Of a stretch of 64,000 nt of DNA, positions 1 through 16,849 are shown one piece after another (positions within the stretch are counted from its first letter, which is position 1; every line of letters begins with the position of its first letter). The position numbers were made by a program, and so were the translations under genes. The stretch is from Pocillopora damicornis (lineage: Eukaryota). Where the stretch lies: NCBI RefSeq assembly GCF_003704095.1, contig NW_020845547.1, positions 248,001 through 312,000 on the forward strand, in the 5' to 3' direction. The notes under the pieces were generated by a model. That model ran no database searches. It saw only the letters and a program-made list of their open reading frames with translations, and was not told the origin of the DNA.

Positions 1-746
1 CTTCACAAGCAGTTTGCATCCATTAGGGTTTTGTTCTCCAGTCTCATGGTAGAAGTGCTGTTCAATAGATTGCATAGAATATATGCAGTTTGGTTTTAGA
101 TTTAAGATTTTGCTTTTTTCAATAAGTGTACGTTTTTCAACTAAGATGTTGGTATACCTGGCATACAAGGCTTTCATGGCTTTCAATGCATGCAAGGCTT
201 TCACAGCTTTCAAGCGTTTGCGACTCATTCATTCCAAAAACACCGCTCAATAACAGCTTTTAGTGTGGATTGGCTGTGAACAATACTACTTGTGTATGCT
301 TCTGTAAGTATTTTGAGCATTTGCGCCATAAAGCTCCAGGTAATCATAAACCAAAAATGTTGAACCTCCATTGCCAAAACAACAACCCCAGAACAATTAC
401 AGAATGGCTTACAAAAGAGTTTTATAGGCAAAAATCTTGTGGTTCATCAGGTGACCTGGCCCTGTCCATGCATGACAACATCAATCATCATCAAGATAAC
501 ACTTCTGATCAGCATGTGAACACCTTCATCCTCATTGGATCACAGTTAGTTGTCATGGTGTTGAGGGCCCAATGACCACTGGGCACTATTGCACAATTTT
601 TCCATTTTGTGGCAGAGGAAAAAGACAACAAAAAAGCAAAGGTGTTTTAATACTGGGCTACCACAGGTATCCCAGTAAAAACATCATACATGGTACCTTC
701 ATCTCACAACTAACACTTGATACTCTGTTACTTCCCCTCTGTGAAG

Positions 747-3346
<2,600 letters not shown>

Positions 3347-4984
3347 TTTTTTCAGATGAGTGTCTTTGGTATAGATTGTTATGGTTTGCCAAGCTGTTTT
3401 TGCATGACTTGTATTGCTATTATAATCCTAACTGATATTCCATTAGTATCCTTATTGGTATTATGCACATATTTTTATCTTTAAATGTTTACCTCTTTAT
3501 ATAACTCCCCAACAGAAACCTACAATTGACATAACATTGTGTTACAATTTGGTGGTATGGACACAAACCTATAAATACCCTATTTCCTCAAAATAACTTC
3601 ATTAACTGCAGTCTCAATTGATCTTTTATGTAATCATCTTCTACTGATCAAGGCAAACAGACAGGTTAAAGTTGATAAGGAAGGTTAAAACAAATCATTT
3701 TAGCTGCAGTATTACCCAAATAACTGGTATGATCATGAAATTACATTCTATTTTCTGTTTCAATTTACATGTTTGTTTGATTACAAGGGAGTGGAATTTT
3801 CATTTATATTTAAATATAACCATTACAAGAGCCTTTTTCACATATGAGATTTACTGTGCAAATTTTTTTAAAAACTGCTTTAAAATGATAACTATACATA
3901 AGTCACTATCATAAGTGTAAAATTACAAAAACACATTTTATATTGATGTACTTTTTGTTAACTTTGTTGGCTCGATAAGTGAACCAAGGATAACCTGACT
4001 TGTTTTTGTAAAATTTCTGTGAGAAATGCTCCAAAGAAAAACAATAAAGGGTCATGAAAAGTAATTTTAATGATTATGGTTTCAGTGAATTATTATTTGA
4101 TGCACAGTCATTTTGATTATTTTATCACAAGAGAAGTTTCAAACTATTTTAGGATAGCTAAGAGTGTAATGTCAAGGATATTGAACCAATTACTCTTTTC
4201 AGAATCAACAGAGAATTGTGAAAAGCCCAAAACAAAACTATACTAAAGTTATGATGGATAATTGTAAAAAAGAAGAAATTTCATTATCATATGTGGCAGC
4301 ATTTGGGAGGCAAAGAAGGACAGGAATGAACACCGAAGGAAGTGGCAGGAAAGAGGTGTTCTTTTTGGCATAGTCACAACCAGAACCCCAGTTCATCTTT
4401 ATTTACATTATCATTGTATCAACTTTGTGTCAATGTTCCTATCCTAGCAGTATGCAGAAAGTTTGTTGATATGAACCTATTTTGACAGCCTAGCCTGCTA
4501 CAAGTCTCCCGTAGTCCCATATGGTCTCCTCTCAGAAGGTTTGATCCCTATTGGGAACACTCAGAATTCTTTCTCTTCAAGTGTGCTTGTGTCATACACT
4601 GAATGATGTCATCTTTAAGGATCTCAGTTGTTTTAGAGTGTCTTACGACACTTAGCACCACCAACATTTTAAGTACCCATTAAATTAATGTGGTTTATGA
4701 TATTCCCTCAACATTTCCAATGTCAAAGAGGCTTTTTAATGACAGGAAGAGCTTATCCTCACTACATCCACAAGGAAAATTTTTTTGAAATAACTTAAGC
4801 ATGGATCCCATTATCACAAAACACAGCAACAGACAGGAGAACTGTGAGGCGACAAATAAACTGATAAGGGAACAATTCAGCAAAGGATAAAGAATGCATT
4901 GCAGCACTACAGATAATGGAAAAAAGCCAATCACAGCATTGGAAACCAACCAATCACTGCAGAGCAGCATGCTTCATAAGATTA

Positions 4985-5191
4985 CATTAAAAAAAGTGAT
5001 CCTTATCATATGATACTCCTTACTGTTCTGTATACACTCTTAGGTGCAGACATGGAGAATTTATTTAACAATCAAGAGCTTCTTTATTTTGTGATCATTT
5101 CCTATATTCTCTTGACCCTAATGTTTGATTCAGGGGTGATATTGTAAGGAGAAATTAGATGCTAGTCTTTTTTAGGGGGTCAAAGGGTCAA
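4985..5191. mobile_element. Degenerate piggyBac-type MITE copy
   Basis: Aligns by eye to the 8289-8503 and 31850-32060 family (gatattgtaaggagaaattagatgctagtc...aaagggtcaa). Confidence 0.65.
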
Positions 5192-6584
5192 AAATTTAAC
5201 TTAATCTCACAGGAACTTTTGGTGGTTTTAAAATATTTAATTACTTAAAGTGGGCAATAACAACAACATTAAAATATTTCATGTATAATTTTATGCATTA
5301 TGAAGTGGTTTGATACTCATCTTTACTGAGAAGATCATTCTGCAGATTATTTGCTTTCCATTCTTCAAAAGTCATTTACTCTCAATTTCTGTGCTTTTTA
5401 TGGGTTTCAAGGGGCTGGAGTAAGTTTGCCAGGTGTACAGTTGTTAATGAAGATAGGTAAAACTCAGGGGGCATTTTAATGATAAATTTATATTTTGTGA
5501 CTGTCTATTGTATTACTAGAGTTATTTTCCACAGGTGATACCATAATTCAAGCCTCAACTTTCAATTGGAGTTTTTAAGTGTAGCCCTGACCTCAGGAAA
5601 TGGTTTGAGCCCAAGATTTAAACCAGAAAGCACTCTTCTTAGTGATTGTGATTCATATACATGTAGCAAAAACTACTACAACCTGAAAGAAAGGTACATG
5701 CAGCACCAATAATCAGGTTGATGAATGACATACTGGTTTAATATGGCTTCTAAAGTACACAACCAAGGCAGTAATCTTACCTGGAAATACAGTTGCCTGA
5801 TCATACTTTAAAGAAACCATCCCATTAACACAGCATATTTATTGTGGAATTTAAACCTCCCACACCTTGTTGTAGCATATAAGAATTGCTGCTGATGCAA
5901 ACATTTTCTTTCTATTTTATTACATACAATTTTGTACAAAGGCAAACCTTTTTTTTTAATTTACAAAAATACATTCATGATATATCATCTCTTTGTTGAG
6001 TCTAGGTTTGTTTGCTTTACCATGGTAAAGTAGAACTGTTTCGACTAAAATGAAAGAGTGAAAATGTTTTTTTCACCATGCAAACTGTTCACAGCTGTGA
6101 CACCGTTAACATGTTGCAAACAACACTTGAAAAACCAATCTAATTTTGTGCACTGTGGTTTAACAAAAATAATTTTCACATACCAAATGTTTATTCACAG
6201 GCAAATACTGATATTTGTGACTCAAATTGACACTCCTATTAGTCAAATTAAAAGGTGATTTTGAGACCCAGATTTTTTTTTGTAGGTTGCATATATTTTC
6301 TGTACACATTTAAAAATTATACAGTCTCAGAAGTATGTACAAACAATCTATAAACAGTGAATGAACAATTGATAAAAATACTCTTTTAAACCAGGGAAGA
6401 TGGGAAAACTGCAAGAAAATTTTCTTTATGCAAAAAGAAAATTTTAATACATGATTTTACATTTTCTTTATGTGTAATTTGCTGTATCAAACCCTAAGCA
6501 AGGAAGTACTATATTTTCTTTTGGTTTTCTTTGTCTTACAGTATAATATAAATAGGATTTTTCACTATTAAATAATAACAAATG

Positions 6585-9500
6585 CTATATCCATCTTCCA
6601 TGTGAGTTGTAGATGAATGACTGTTTTCCATAATGCTGTGGTCGATAGGTTGCTAAAACCAATCAAAAAAAGCGAAACTTTAACATTCATTGCACTACTT
6701 AAATGAATGCTGTATGAGATGAGTTGCTGGCTTATTTTTAGGGCCTAAAAAACTGGTAAGAGTGTGTTGCTCATTTCAAACCTGACCACCACCTGTTTTA
6801 TGTTACAAGTGTGAACAACTGGACATTTAACCCTTTACACCTTAACATCAGTATGCAAATTCTCCTTACTGTTCTCTATACAATTCCTTGGGTGCTTACA
6901 ACAAGAATTTGTTTAACTATATAGAGCTTTAGGATGCACAGCAAGAGTCCCAGATCACTCCATGTGGCCTCTTGTACTTTACAGGAATTGACAGCCAAAT
7001 CTAAATAACATGTACCCACCTGGCCCTGGGGCCTCTTCCTCTCCAGGTGCCCCTCCTGACCACCTACTAGTTGTTGATACAAAAGCTGAGCCAGACATGT
7101 AATGTTTAGGGGGGCCTTCATAGTCAACCACATTGTAATGACCAGGTCCTGGCATAGGCTCTAGGGGTGGGAGGGGCATGGCAGGTGCAGAGATACACAA
7201 ATAGTGCTTGTTACTGCAAGATTAAGGAAGTAATACAAGTTATTTTGACATCATGTCCTTCATCTCTCTAGTATTAACAATGCAATAAGTTTTTTCATCT
7301 CCATTAAACCTTTAGCTGTTTGGGCTTAAGGTTATTAAAGTATGCATAACTTATGTGCATGGAAGATTCTATCCTCTGAATGTTCAAGGTATTTATGCAG
7401 TCACACATTTTAGTGAACCATTTATTGGGCTTACACTCAAAAAGCCAAATTGAAATTCAGTTGTTTTGGGAAATTAATGAATATTTAATATTATTCAGCA
7501 ACTAGCACTTCAAATGCAGCCATGACCACAACAGTTTGAGCCTGGAAAATAGGTCACACTCTATCTTCCAATGTAAGCAGGGTGTGGGAATGTGCAACAC
7601 ATGGTTTACACAACTTTTATTGGGTAAATCATGGTATTGTGAAAATTCTCAAATCAGTTGTGGTTCATAAGGTTGACAGGCCGCAATCTATGACAAATGT
7701 TTGCCTTGAACTAGGTCATGAATTAAACATTATTTGAGGGTACAGGTTTTTTACAACTTTGTCACACACCACCAATTCAAAAGTTTCTGGATTGGCTCTC
7801 AGAGGTGTCAAACACAGCAAAATTGGTAGATCACTTGCACTTTAGAGCCTGTAACATCTCTTTTGTTCTGAATTGATCATATACATGTAGGGATAGTGAG
7901 TGAGTGCCCCCAAGCTGTACTTACTGAAATCCACTCTGCTGCAGCTGTTGCTGCTGCTTTAGTGTTTGACGTTCTGCTGTTCCAAAGGGTTTGTATGACC
8001 CAGGCCCAGGGAATGGTACAGGAGACTGCATCATTTTTCTCTCTGTTGTAGACTTAAAAGGCGCAGTGGCAATTTTGGGTGAATCTGTTACCAGCTTGTC
8101 ATTGATTGTGTAATGACCTGTGGAAGTATAAATAATTGGTAAATGGAAATCTAAGGCCCACATAGCCACAAAGCATACAGTTTCTCACACATTGTGTACA
8201 TGCAGTAGCAAAATTATGAATAGTAAAGAAACGAGCAGCATCACTATTGTTTCCGAAAGGGAATAATCAACCTATCCTTACTATCCTTTCAACCCCTCAC
8301 ATCCTAACATAAATTTTCATATTCTCCATACTGTTCTCTACAAATTTCCTATAATGATACAAACAAGAAGAATTTGTTTGAAGATCAAGAGCTTCTTCAG
8401 TTTGCGATCATATCTGTTATTCTTCTGACCTTAATGTTTGACTCGGCTGTGATATTGTAAGGAGAAATTAGATGCTAGTCACTCTTAGGGATTAAAGGGT
8501 TAAACTCCTCAGCACACATTTTTCAAGTTCCTCTTAAAGAGTAAGAGCTAAAGAATAATTTGAGTCATCTAAAGCCAAATGGCTTATAAATTCCATAACT
8601 TTTAGCTCAAGCAGCATGACTCAATTTTGTTTCACAGTTCAGTTTAACCATGAAAACCTTGGACAAATTACAAATAATGACAGAACTTTCTTACATGGAG
8701 ATGGTCCATAGATTGCTCCTGCACTCCAGTCTTTTGATCTTTTGGATCTATTTTCAAAAGTGTAAATTATTATTAGGGAAAAAAATAGGTGTATCTTGTG
8801 ATCTTTAATCTTTATTTCAATCTCTTTCAGAGGTGGGGCTTCTGTACATCCAAATCAACTTCTCTTATTGTGTATACTGTAGGCAGTTCTTTTTTTTTGT
8901 TTTTTCGGTTGATCCATGCATAAATTGAATGCGATATTTGATGTCAGTCTCCCTTTTCGTACAGCTCAAGAAAGTTCATCATAAATTTTAAGGGGAAGGG
9001 ACTACAAAGGTTAATCTTTACAGGACAATGGAATTGTCTTGAAGAAGTAGAAGGGTTTGAGGGGAGAAACAAAGAATGATAAGAGAGTCTGAATCATATT
9101 TCCTCTTAAAAGTGTTGGATCCAAATTGAGGGAAAATAACATTATAACATTCAACCAACAACCTTAATGACATAACAGATTTAAGTTTTCCTACACTGTA
9201 CCTGGACTGAAATGCAGCACAGGCTGCAACATTGTTATCATAAACAACTCTTCCTGTTGTGCGACCAATCTGTTGTGCAAAAAAAAAAAACAAGATTACA
9301 TGGTTATGCCAATTTGCAATTGTGTGACTTGTATTTCACCAGTTGTAATTAACTTCCACAACAGAAACAAGACCATAAATTAAATACATGTTAATGAAGT
9401 GGTCTAAAAAAATTCTGAAAAATTTCTCAATTACAAGGTTACCCAGCACTTTGTGGTCATACATCCATTGTGTAGTACAATGTACATTCAATTAGTCTAT

Positions 9501-12500
9501 AATTTACATAACTTGATCATACGTGAAGCAGCTGTCCAAAAGGAATTGTTTTTAAGTGACATTTTGACAACCCCAGTAGGAGTCATCATCAGGTGTGATC
9601 ATCAGAGCCATAAGTAGAATCTGCTTCTAAAAGTATTGACATTTTGACATTTAAGTCTCAAGATTCAACTCACACTCTTCTTTGTGAATTAGGAGAATTT
9701 TGTCTTATTCCAAAATAACCCCCCTCTAGCTGAAAAGCTTCTCTGGTCTCATACCTTGTTAACAAGATAGCTAACTGATTGAATCGCAAGGAGAAAAAAA
9801 TACACTTTAGACACTTCTGGGAATGACAGGGTTAACAATTAGAATGAAATGTGTTACCGTGTACTGATTTGGTGCAGGGAATTGTCCTTTTTTGTTGTCT
9901 CTTTCAAGGGCAATGGGAAGATGAAAATTCCTGTAACAAGAGAATGGGAAGATATCAAATCGATGTTATGATAAATGGAGAGCTAATAATGAATTTAATA
10001 CATGTCGACTTTATTCTTGATGTGTTACTAACTGAAGTCCAAATGATCAAGAGAGTAAAGCTGAAAATTGATCACCATTAAAAAAGTGTTACTCAGTCAT
10101 GTAGAACAACTCCTAGGATGGGATTGACAGTAGATACAGGATACTGTATTATACCGGTACTTAAAAACATTACTTATCCATAAAAATTTTGATAGCTCAC
10201 TGTTATTTAATATTCAAGTAATACTAAGAATTACACAATTATACCTTGTAACAGAAGATTTGTTGAAATTGTTTTCCCTTGGTACTGAAGGATCATAAAA
10301 ACCTGACAGAGAGGAGGCAGGTACATGTATCATGATTTTTATTGAAAATAATTAACCCACAGCCATGAAACTCTCAAGATCTGATTATTAATTCTCCTCT
10401 CTAACTGCTTCAGACATCCTAGTATATTAGTTACAAGAATTTGGTGCAAGATCAAGATAAAAACTTCTTCCTGATAAGTTTCAGTATTCTCATCACCTGT
10501 TTGCTGGATAATGTATGGATATTATAGGGAGACATTGCATGTTAATCACTTCTGGGAGTTAAAGGGTTAACTCCGAAGATTTGATTGTTAATTCTCCCCT
10601 TTAGCTGCCATACATCTCCTTGTAAATAAATAAATCATGACAATCAGGTTCCGAATCAAGATTAAAACTTCCAGCTGATAAGTCTGATAATTCTTATTTC
10701 CTGTTTGCTGGATATTGCATAGATACTACAGGGAGAAGTTACATGTTAATCACTTCTGGGAGTTGAAGGGTTAATATCAACTTTGTCAGGGTGAAATACT
10801 AAATCACCAAATCAAACTTTATTAAAGACATGGTGGAAGCCATTATGACACACTGACCATGTCTTAAATGTACCTGGGCCTGGTCCTGTATTCTGCACTC
10901 CTCTTGGAAAACGCTTTGCCTGAGGAAAACAATAACAAGCTTGACATCCCATAACTGGTGATTGACAAGTTTGAATTTGTTTTGACAGGAGGAGGAACTT
11001 CAATATGAGGATCAGAAAGCACTTCGCTTACAAAATAGAAAGACTATACTTGAATACAAGTTGCCATGCCTGTGTAATCAGCATTGTTAGATTTGAACAA
11101 CACTTTGTTCTAGTGGTTTTGCACTTACCTTGGAAACAAAACCACCAAATCCTTTCTTTGAGAAGGAAGTGCTTCTAGTTTCACTTGATTTTAGTTCTCC
11201 ATAAGTCCCAGGACCTGGGTTTACACTCTGCACAAAAATTAGCAAATTGTATCTTTAATCAAGATTTCAACTCATTTTCCTCTCTCTCTCTGTCTCTGTC
11301 TACCGAAACGTTGATCAATTTAAGGGGGAGGGAGAGAATGTTAAAGCCTTGAAATGATTGTGCATAGGTTACATAATAAGAAATTACCTTGGGATGAAAA
11401 GTTGTGTCCATCTTTTAATAGTATTATGAGGTTATATGTCAATAAGATGATACTATGGGGAAAAAATGTTCCTGTCCCAGTGACCTACATGAATATGAAC
11501 TACTTTCATGTGCAGATGTTTATACAATGTAAATGACTCAATTGCAGCTAAATTGAAATTTCTGGCGTAAAATTCAAATTGGAATCAAGCAGTACATTTT
11601 GTACCTTGTGCGTCTTTCATGTGATGAAGTCTTTATGATTTAATTTTGCTAATCCCAACTGCCATAGTCCAATCCCAGTTCTCAAAATCCCACTCAGATT
11701 TCTCAGTTCCAAAAGGACACAACTCCCATCTCTCCATATAATTATTTCGCAACTGTGTTGACAAGAATGTACCCTCTACATGACTGAAAAAGGTGATCAA
11801 CCACTCATATCCACATCAAGCAGAATTACGATCAAACTTATATGTGAAAGTATTCGGGCACCAATAGTGTCGGCTACGGGTATATCAATTTACATACTTG
11901 ACTTAAGCAAAATATATAAAAACAGTAATTCTTATTTTAAAAAAGATGAACACACTTACCGCATCAAACCCTTCAAAGCGTTTGGATCTAGAAAGGAATC
12001 CTTTCTTTTCTGAATTATCACTCACGATTGTCTGATATTTGCTGGGGATAGAGGCCGATGCAGCTGTTTTGCCATGACCTTTTCAATATGGAAAAAGAAA
12101 ATAATAATAATAACATTACTTAAGTGTATGGCACAAAAATTAGAAGGGAACATAAGCAATAAACAACAGCTTTAAAAAAACTGCCGATGTTCATTGAACT
12201 ATTCTTCGATAAAATGCTTTTAACATACTGGTGTTTACTTTTTATCCTTAATCAACCGAGAGAAAATCGAAGAAACTAAGGCCTCGTCAAACTGTCCAAA
12301 ATCTATGAATCACCTGATCGATCGAACATGCAAAATATTCTTCACTTTTCTTTGAAACACTCGAACGCGAATAGTTTTGATTTTCGTTCGAGAATCATCA
12401 ATCGATCAATAGTCTATAAATTATCTAAACTTATACCTTTGTGAATCCTTCCTGTTGTTATAATTCCTCCAACAGCTCTCCGTTGCGGCTCTTCAACCTG

Positions 12501-12515
12501 CACACTGTCCGCCAT
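6585..12515 (-). CDS. STPG1: STPG1-like sperm-tail PG-rich repeat protein (O6-methylguanine-induced apoptosis 2 family), about 11 exons
   Basis: Exons traced: 12515-12437, 12078-11960 (SIPSKYQTIVSDNSEKKGFLSRSKRF), 11227-11129 (PGPGTY), 10919-10874, 10302-10245, 9930-9858 (PAPNQY), 9269-9202, 8747-8695, 8118-~7925 (PGPGSY), ~7219-7023 (PGPGHYNVVDYEGPPKHYMSGSAFVSTTSRW), 6652-6585 (ATYRPQHYGKQSFIYNSHGRWI*). Repeated PGP(G)xY motifs and the C-terminus match STPG1. Confidence 0.92.
6827..6930. mobile_element. Truncated piggyBac-type MITE
   Basis: Starts ttaaccctttacaccttaacatcagtatgc, the reverse complement of the end of the 31850-32060 copy. Confidence 0.65.
8289..8503. mobile_element. piggyBac-type MITE, ~210 bp
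   Basis: Termini tcaacccct...aaagggttaa (CCCT/AGGG ends next to TTAA). Internal sequence shared with other copies in the window. Confidence 0.75.
10352..10774. mobile_element. Head-to-tail dimer of a second piggyBac-type MITE subfamily (related copies at ~9660-9836 and ~17780-17980)
   Basis: Two ~205-bp units, each ending ...atgttaatcacttctgggagtt(a/g)aagggttaa, at 10570 and 10774. Confidence 0.75.
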
Positions 12516-12532
12516 TTTGCTTTCCAGCCTAA

Positions 12533-12546
12533 GTCTCCTTGGTAAC
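12533..12546. promoter_or_regulatory. RFX X-box-like motif just upstream of the STPG1 start codon
   Basis: GTCTCCTTGGTAAC resembles the RFX X-box and lies 18 bp from the ATG of a gene from a cilia/flagella-associated family. Confidence 0.55.
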
Positions 12547-14194
12547 CAAAGCAAAGCGCTTTGCGACCAGGCCTCCAGATCCTTTGAAATGACGCTTTCA
12601 ACTAATCGCCACATGCCATATTCAGGAATATTTTTCTATAATCCAATAGTAAAAGCGGAAACAGTACAAGTTTATTTCTCTTAAATGTACCATGTATGAT
12701 CTGGAGAACTAGAAGTAGTCTGAGATTTTTCGCTTACGCTTTCAGTGGACCAACGTGTGCACATTTTGTAAAAAAAACCAGACGAGATTTTATTTAAAAT
12801 ATTCATTATTGGATATCTAATCAAATGAAATGAGCTCCAATGAGTCGAAGATGGAGAAAACAGGTGATTTTTCCTTTCTAATAATTTTCTGTTTGAAGTG
12901 AGTTGATGAAAACCAAGCAAAGAAAACTTTAATGATGAACGATAGTAAATTTACCGATGAAAAAAGGCCATGTTGCCACTATAATCTAAGGCTTGGAACA
13001 AAAGGTCTGTCTAGCTTTACATAAGTTCCCTTTACATTTTAAATCGTATTTGTTTGTAAAACTTAGCGTGAAGAGTTTCGTGCACAGTGCGGCGAAGGAA
13101 TATTGGTCCAAAAAATGATTTAGATATACAATTTACCAGTATAATCATGTGTTCTCGAACGCTAACTTTGCCAAATTAGATGCTTGGAATGGTCAGTGAC
13201 ATCGCGTGCGAAATTGTATTTTCTCAATTATTTACTCAATTTTTTTTTAAAATTCAAAAACTTTCTCAGTTTAAATGTGCTAAGAATCTCACTAAAATGG
13301 TTTTAATGAGCACTTCTAGAGCGTTAAGTCGTTCCAGGGACACTTTTCCTCTCTTATTCAGAGCAAATGAAATACTCATTCCGCTAATCCTATATATTCG
13401 AACGCAAATCTTCTTTCTCCTAATTATCATTTGCGCAAAAACAATAGAGGACTTTTTCCCGCCACGTGTACAATGTAGCAGAAAGTCTTATCTAATATTC
13501 GACCAATCCTAAGGCTGCATTTAGAATATGATTATTATGATCCAATCACAATGCGTCAAAGTTTGTTTTGAAGTGTGAAAAATGCGCGCGACTAGGAGGA
13601 AAACTGACGCGTTAGCGACTCAACAGCTGATCGCTGCTAACAAAAGCTATTAACATGTTCCATGGTCTATTCAGATATACTGCCAGGGCGGCATAAATAT
13701 TCGAACATAGATGAAAAAAAAAGAGAAAGGTGACCCACTATTTTCTGTACTACGAAAAACCCGGCGACAGCATTGTGCCTCCTTCTACACCTTTGTAGGT
13801 GTGAATGAAAATCTCTGAACTGACGAGGAACGAGTTTACGTTCGGCGCATGGATATATGATAAACACAATTTACCAATGAAGGTCTTTTAGTCTTTTACA
13901 GCTGACAGAGTCACAGACAAGTTCGGAATTAATCCACACCCGTGAAGAAAACTGGAATTATTTTTTAACATTATCAGCAACAGGCCAGCTTTTCTTCTTG
14001 GTTTCCTTAAGGCTTCAAATGACATTTTCTTAATTTCCAAGAACTACTTTAGCGGCGAACATTCGTAAAGATGACTGGAATAAGTCAAATACATTTTGGC
14101 TGATAAAATCACTGGAGGAAGTCTCATCTTGACGAGTTATTTGCCTAAGATTTGGTAAAGTATAATAATTTGAAAGTCCCACGGTTCTATAGTT

Positions 14195-14932
14195 ATGTCA
14201 CAGCCGAAAAAGACTCGAAAGACGCGCTCGAGATCGTCGCGCGGGAAAACAACTCGCGACGAATCTCGCTTTGGCATTCGTTATTTACATCATCATATGT
14301 TCGCGGGAGACACGCCTGGTGATCAACAACTCTGCCCGTATGAGTGCAAATGCGGCGCGTCGATGTCTTCAATTTACAGCAGAAAGACGCTGACTCTGCT
14401 CGTAATTTCAATTCTTGTTCTTCTGATCGGCGTTACATTTATGCTGGTCGGCTACCTGATTCCTCGAAGATCAGTCGTTTACTTGGAGAAAAGCGATGGT
14501 ACTCGAACGATAGTGGATAAAACTGCCATTTCGTTCAACACACTGTTGGACGATTTCACTCTGGTTGGAACAGCACTGGTGCCGCTAGGAGCTTTATTAT
14601 TCTGTGTCATACTAATCGTACCACTCTGTAGTTCGTCTTCGGTTCAGAAGAAAGGGCAATATTTCAAAGCACCAACTGAGGACGCGGCTTCCTCGGTGAC
14701 GAAGACCAAAACTCCGGAAACTGCGTCAGTCGCTTCAGAGGACGGTCGCTCACTGAGCAGCGCTTCATCTCAATCAACGATTCAAAAAATTCCTGTTCTA
14801 GCTCTCGTCCACAACGTTCAACCGGAGCAAAAATCTAATAGTGCTGGGTCTTCTGTGGGTAAAGGCAGAGAATACAGAAAGAAAACTGGCAAATTTAAGG
14901 ATTCATTTGACGAGGAAGAGGAGGAGGAATAA
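14195..14932 (+). CDS. Neurensin-like two-TM membrane protein, intronless CDS
   Basis: 245-aa ORF with FGIRYLHH motif, TM1 ending GYLIP, VDKTAISFNTLLD loop and TM2, as in neurensins. Ser-rich and acidic tail. Confidence 0.8.
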   Translation: MSQPKKTRKTRSRSSRGKTTRDESRFGIRYLHHHMFAGDTPGDQQLCPYECKCGASMSSIYSRKTLTLLVISILVLLIGVTFMLVGYLIPRRSVVYLEKSDGTRTIVDKTAISFNTLLDDFTLVGTALVPLGALLFCVILIVPLCSSSSVQKKGQYFKAPTEDAASSVTKTKTPETASVASEDGRSLSSASSQSTIQKIPVLALVHNVQPEQKSNSAGSSVGKGREYRKKTGKFKDSFDEEEEEE

Positions 14933-15993
14933 TTTGGCCGTAAAAAAATACAACCTGAATTTCCTGTCTTAAAAGATTGGCTGTATATTATTCTTATGAT
15001 TTAATTTTGTTAAATTCTGAGGATTGATTTTTATGTTTTTCACCATTATCGCTGTTGTAAGTTTGTATAATTTTCAACAGAAAACGAATTTAATGATCCT
15101 TGAGTGTCGAATCCAAATTCTCACTCTTAGCCGGTACACTACAAATCAAGATCACAAATGAAATGAATTTCCATATTTTTGTACGAAAAAGAAAATATAC
15201 CGGCATCTCCCAATTAACATAGTTATTTAAATTTCCGCTTAAGGAGAAAGCTGGATTTGTATCGGAAGGGAAGCGAAGGATGGAAGAGTGTCACAATATT
15301 TGCTCGGGAAAATAAAAACTGTCGAAAGACAAGGAAGCTGGGAGAGGGTGTATTCACCAGTGTCAATAAAGAGGATTTAAATCATTTATACGGCTTGTCT
15401 CTTCAGATTTTTGCATAACCAATCACACAAGGAACACAATGTACCAAACAAGACAGCTGTCTAAAAAGAGTGTACGACAGGAAACAGAGAAACAAAAGAC
15501 AGACGAAAATTTATTTGTGAAAAAAAATTGATATGTGTAGCGAATTATAAAGGTGACCTTCTTGAGCTTGAATCATCAGTTAGCGTGTTTGAAAGGGATT
15601 ACGTTACCTAACGTTTTATTTTTCTCGTCTGTTAATGGGTTCAAGTTGCTCTTGAAAGATATTCTGACCTAAGGGTCAGATATGAAAATATGAAAAAAAA
15701 AATCTATTCACGGCCTTGTCAATCGTTGCCTGACTCGAGATGGAAAGATAAATGTAGACATAACATTTGCATCTAATACTATGATTTTGGCGGCGCTAAT
15801 TAAATCTCATAGACGAAATGCTCTTTACTCTTATAGTAGGTGGAAGTCAAACAGACTTCGGAAACTGAAAGACACGTTGCTAGATCTAACGGTNNNNNNN
15901 NNNNNNNNNNNNNNNNNNNNNNNNNNNNNNNNNNNNNNNNNNNNNNNNNNNNNNNNNNNNNNNNNNNNNNNNNNNNNNNNNNNNNNNNNNNNN

Positions 15994-16071
15994 AGTCCCC
16001 ATGAGGAATCGAACCTCAGATCTTCGGATTCCGCGCTCCGATACTTTACCACTGAGCTGCAAAGACTCCAC
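15994..16071 (-). mobile_element. tRNA-derived SINE head, cut by a gap
   Basis: Minus strand: gcagctcagtggtaaag (A box)...gaggttcgattcctc (B box). No complete acceptor stem. Confidence 0.65.
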
Positions 16072-16693
16072 GTCTAAACTGTTAAATGTTTTTCCTAAAT
16101 CTTTGCAATATTTAGCTCACNNNNNNNNNNNNNNNNNNNNNNNNNNNNNNNNNNNNNNNNNNNNNNNNNNNNNNNNNNNNNNNNNNNNNNNNNNNNNNNN
16201 NNNNNNNNNNNNNNNNNNNNNNNNNNNNNNNNNNNNNNNNNNNNNNNNNNNNNNNNNNNNNNNNNNNNNNNNNNNNNNNNNNNNNNNNNNNNNNNNNNNN
16301 NNNNNNNNNNNNNNNNNNNNNNNNNNNNNNNNNNNNNNNNNNNNNNNNNNNNNNNNNNNNNNNNNNNNNNNNNNNNNNNNNNNNNNNNNNNNNNNNNNNN
16401 NNNNNNNNNNNNNNNNNNNNNNNNNNNNNNNNNNNNNNNNNNNNNNNNNNNNNNNNNNNNNNNNNNNNNNNNNNNNNNNNNNNNNNNNNNNNNNNNNNNN
16501 NNNNNNNNNNNNNNNNNNNNNNNNNNNNNNNNNNNNNNNNNNNNNNNNNNNNNNNNNNNNNNNNNNNNNNNNNNNNNNNNNNNNNNNNNNNNNNNNNNNN
16601 NNNNNNNNNNNNNNNNNNNNNNNNNNNNNNNNNNNNNNNNNNNNNNNNNNNNNNNNNNNNNNNNNNNNNNNNNNNNNNNNNNNNNNNNNNNNN

Positions 16694-16840
16694 AGTTACT
16701 ACAGAAACTGTGGTGCTGTGTTGGTTGGGGTATAACGAGATAATTTGGTTAAATCTACTGAGTTCATAACATAAATTGGCCACCGTAGTGAGTGTTTTTA
16801 AAACTGATATTTTGAGCGTTAGCCTTCATCAAGGCGAATG
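16694..16840 (-). mobile_element. Penelope-type short repeat with a decayed hammerhead motif (family of 25957-26100)
   Basis: Minus strand reads ttgatgaaggctaacgctcaaaatatcag...acggtggccaatttatg...cagcaccacagtttct. Confidence 0.55.
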
Positions 16841-16849
16841 ATATACATA

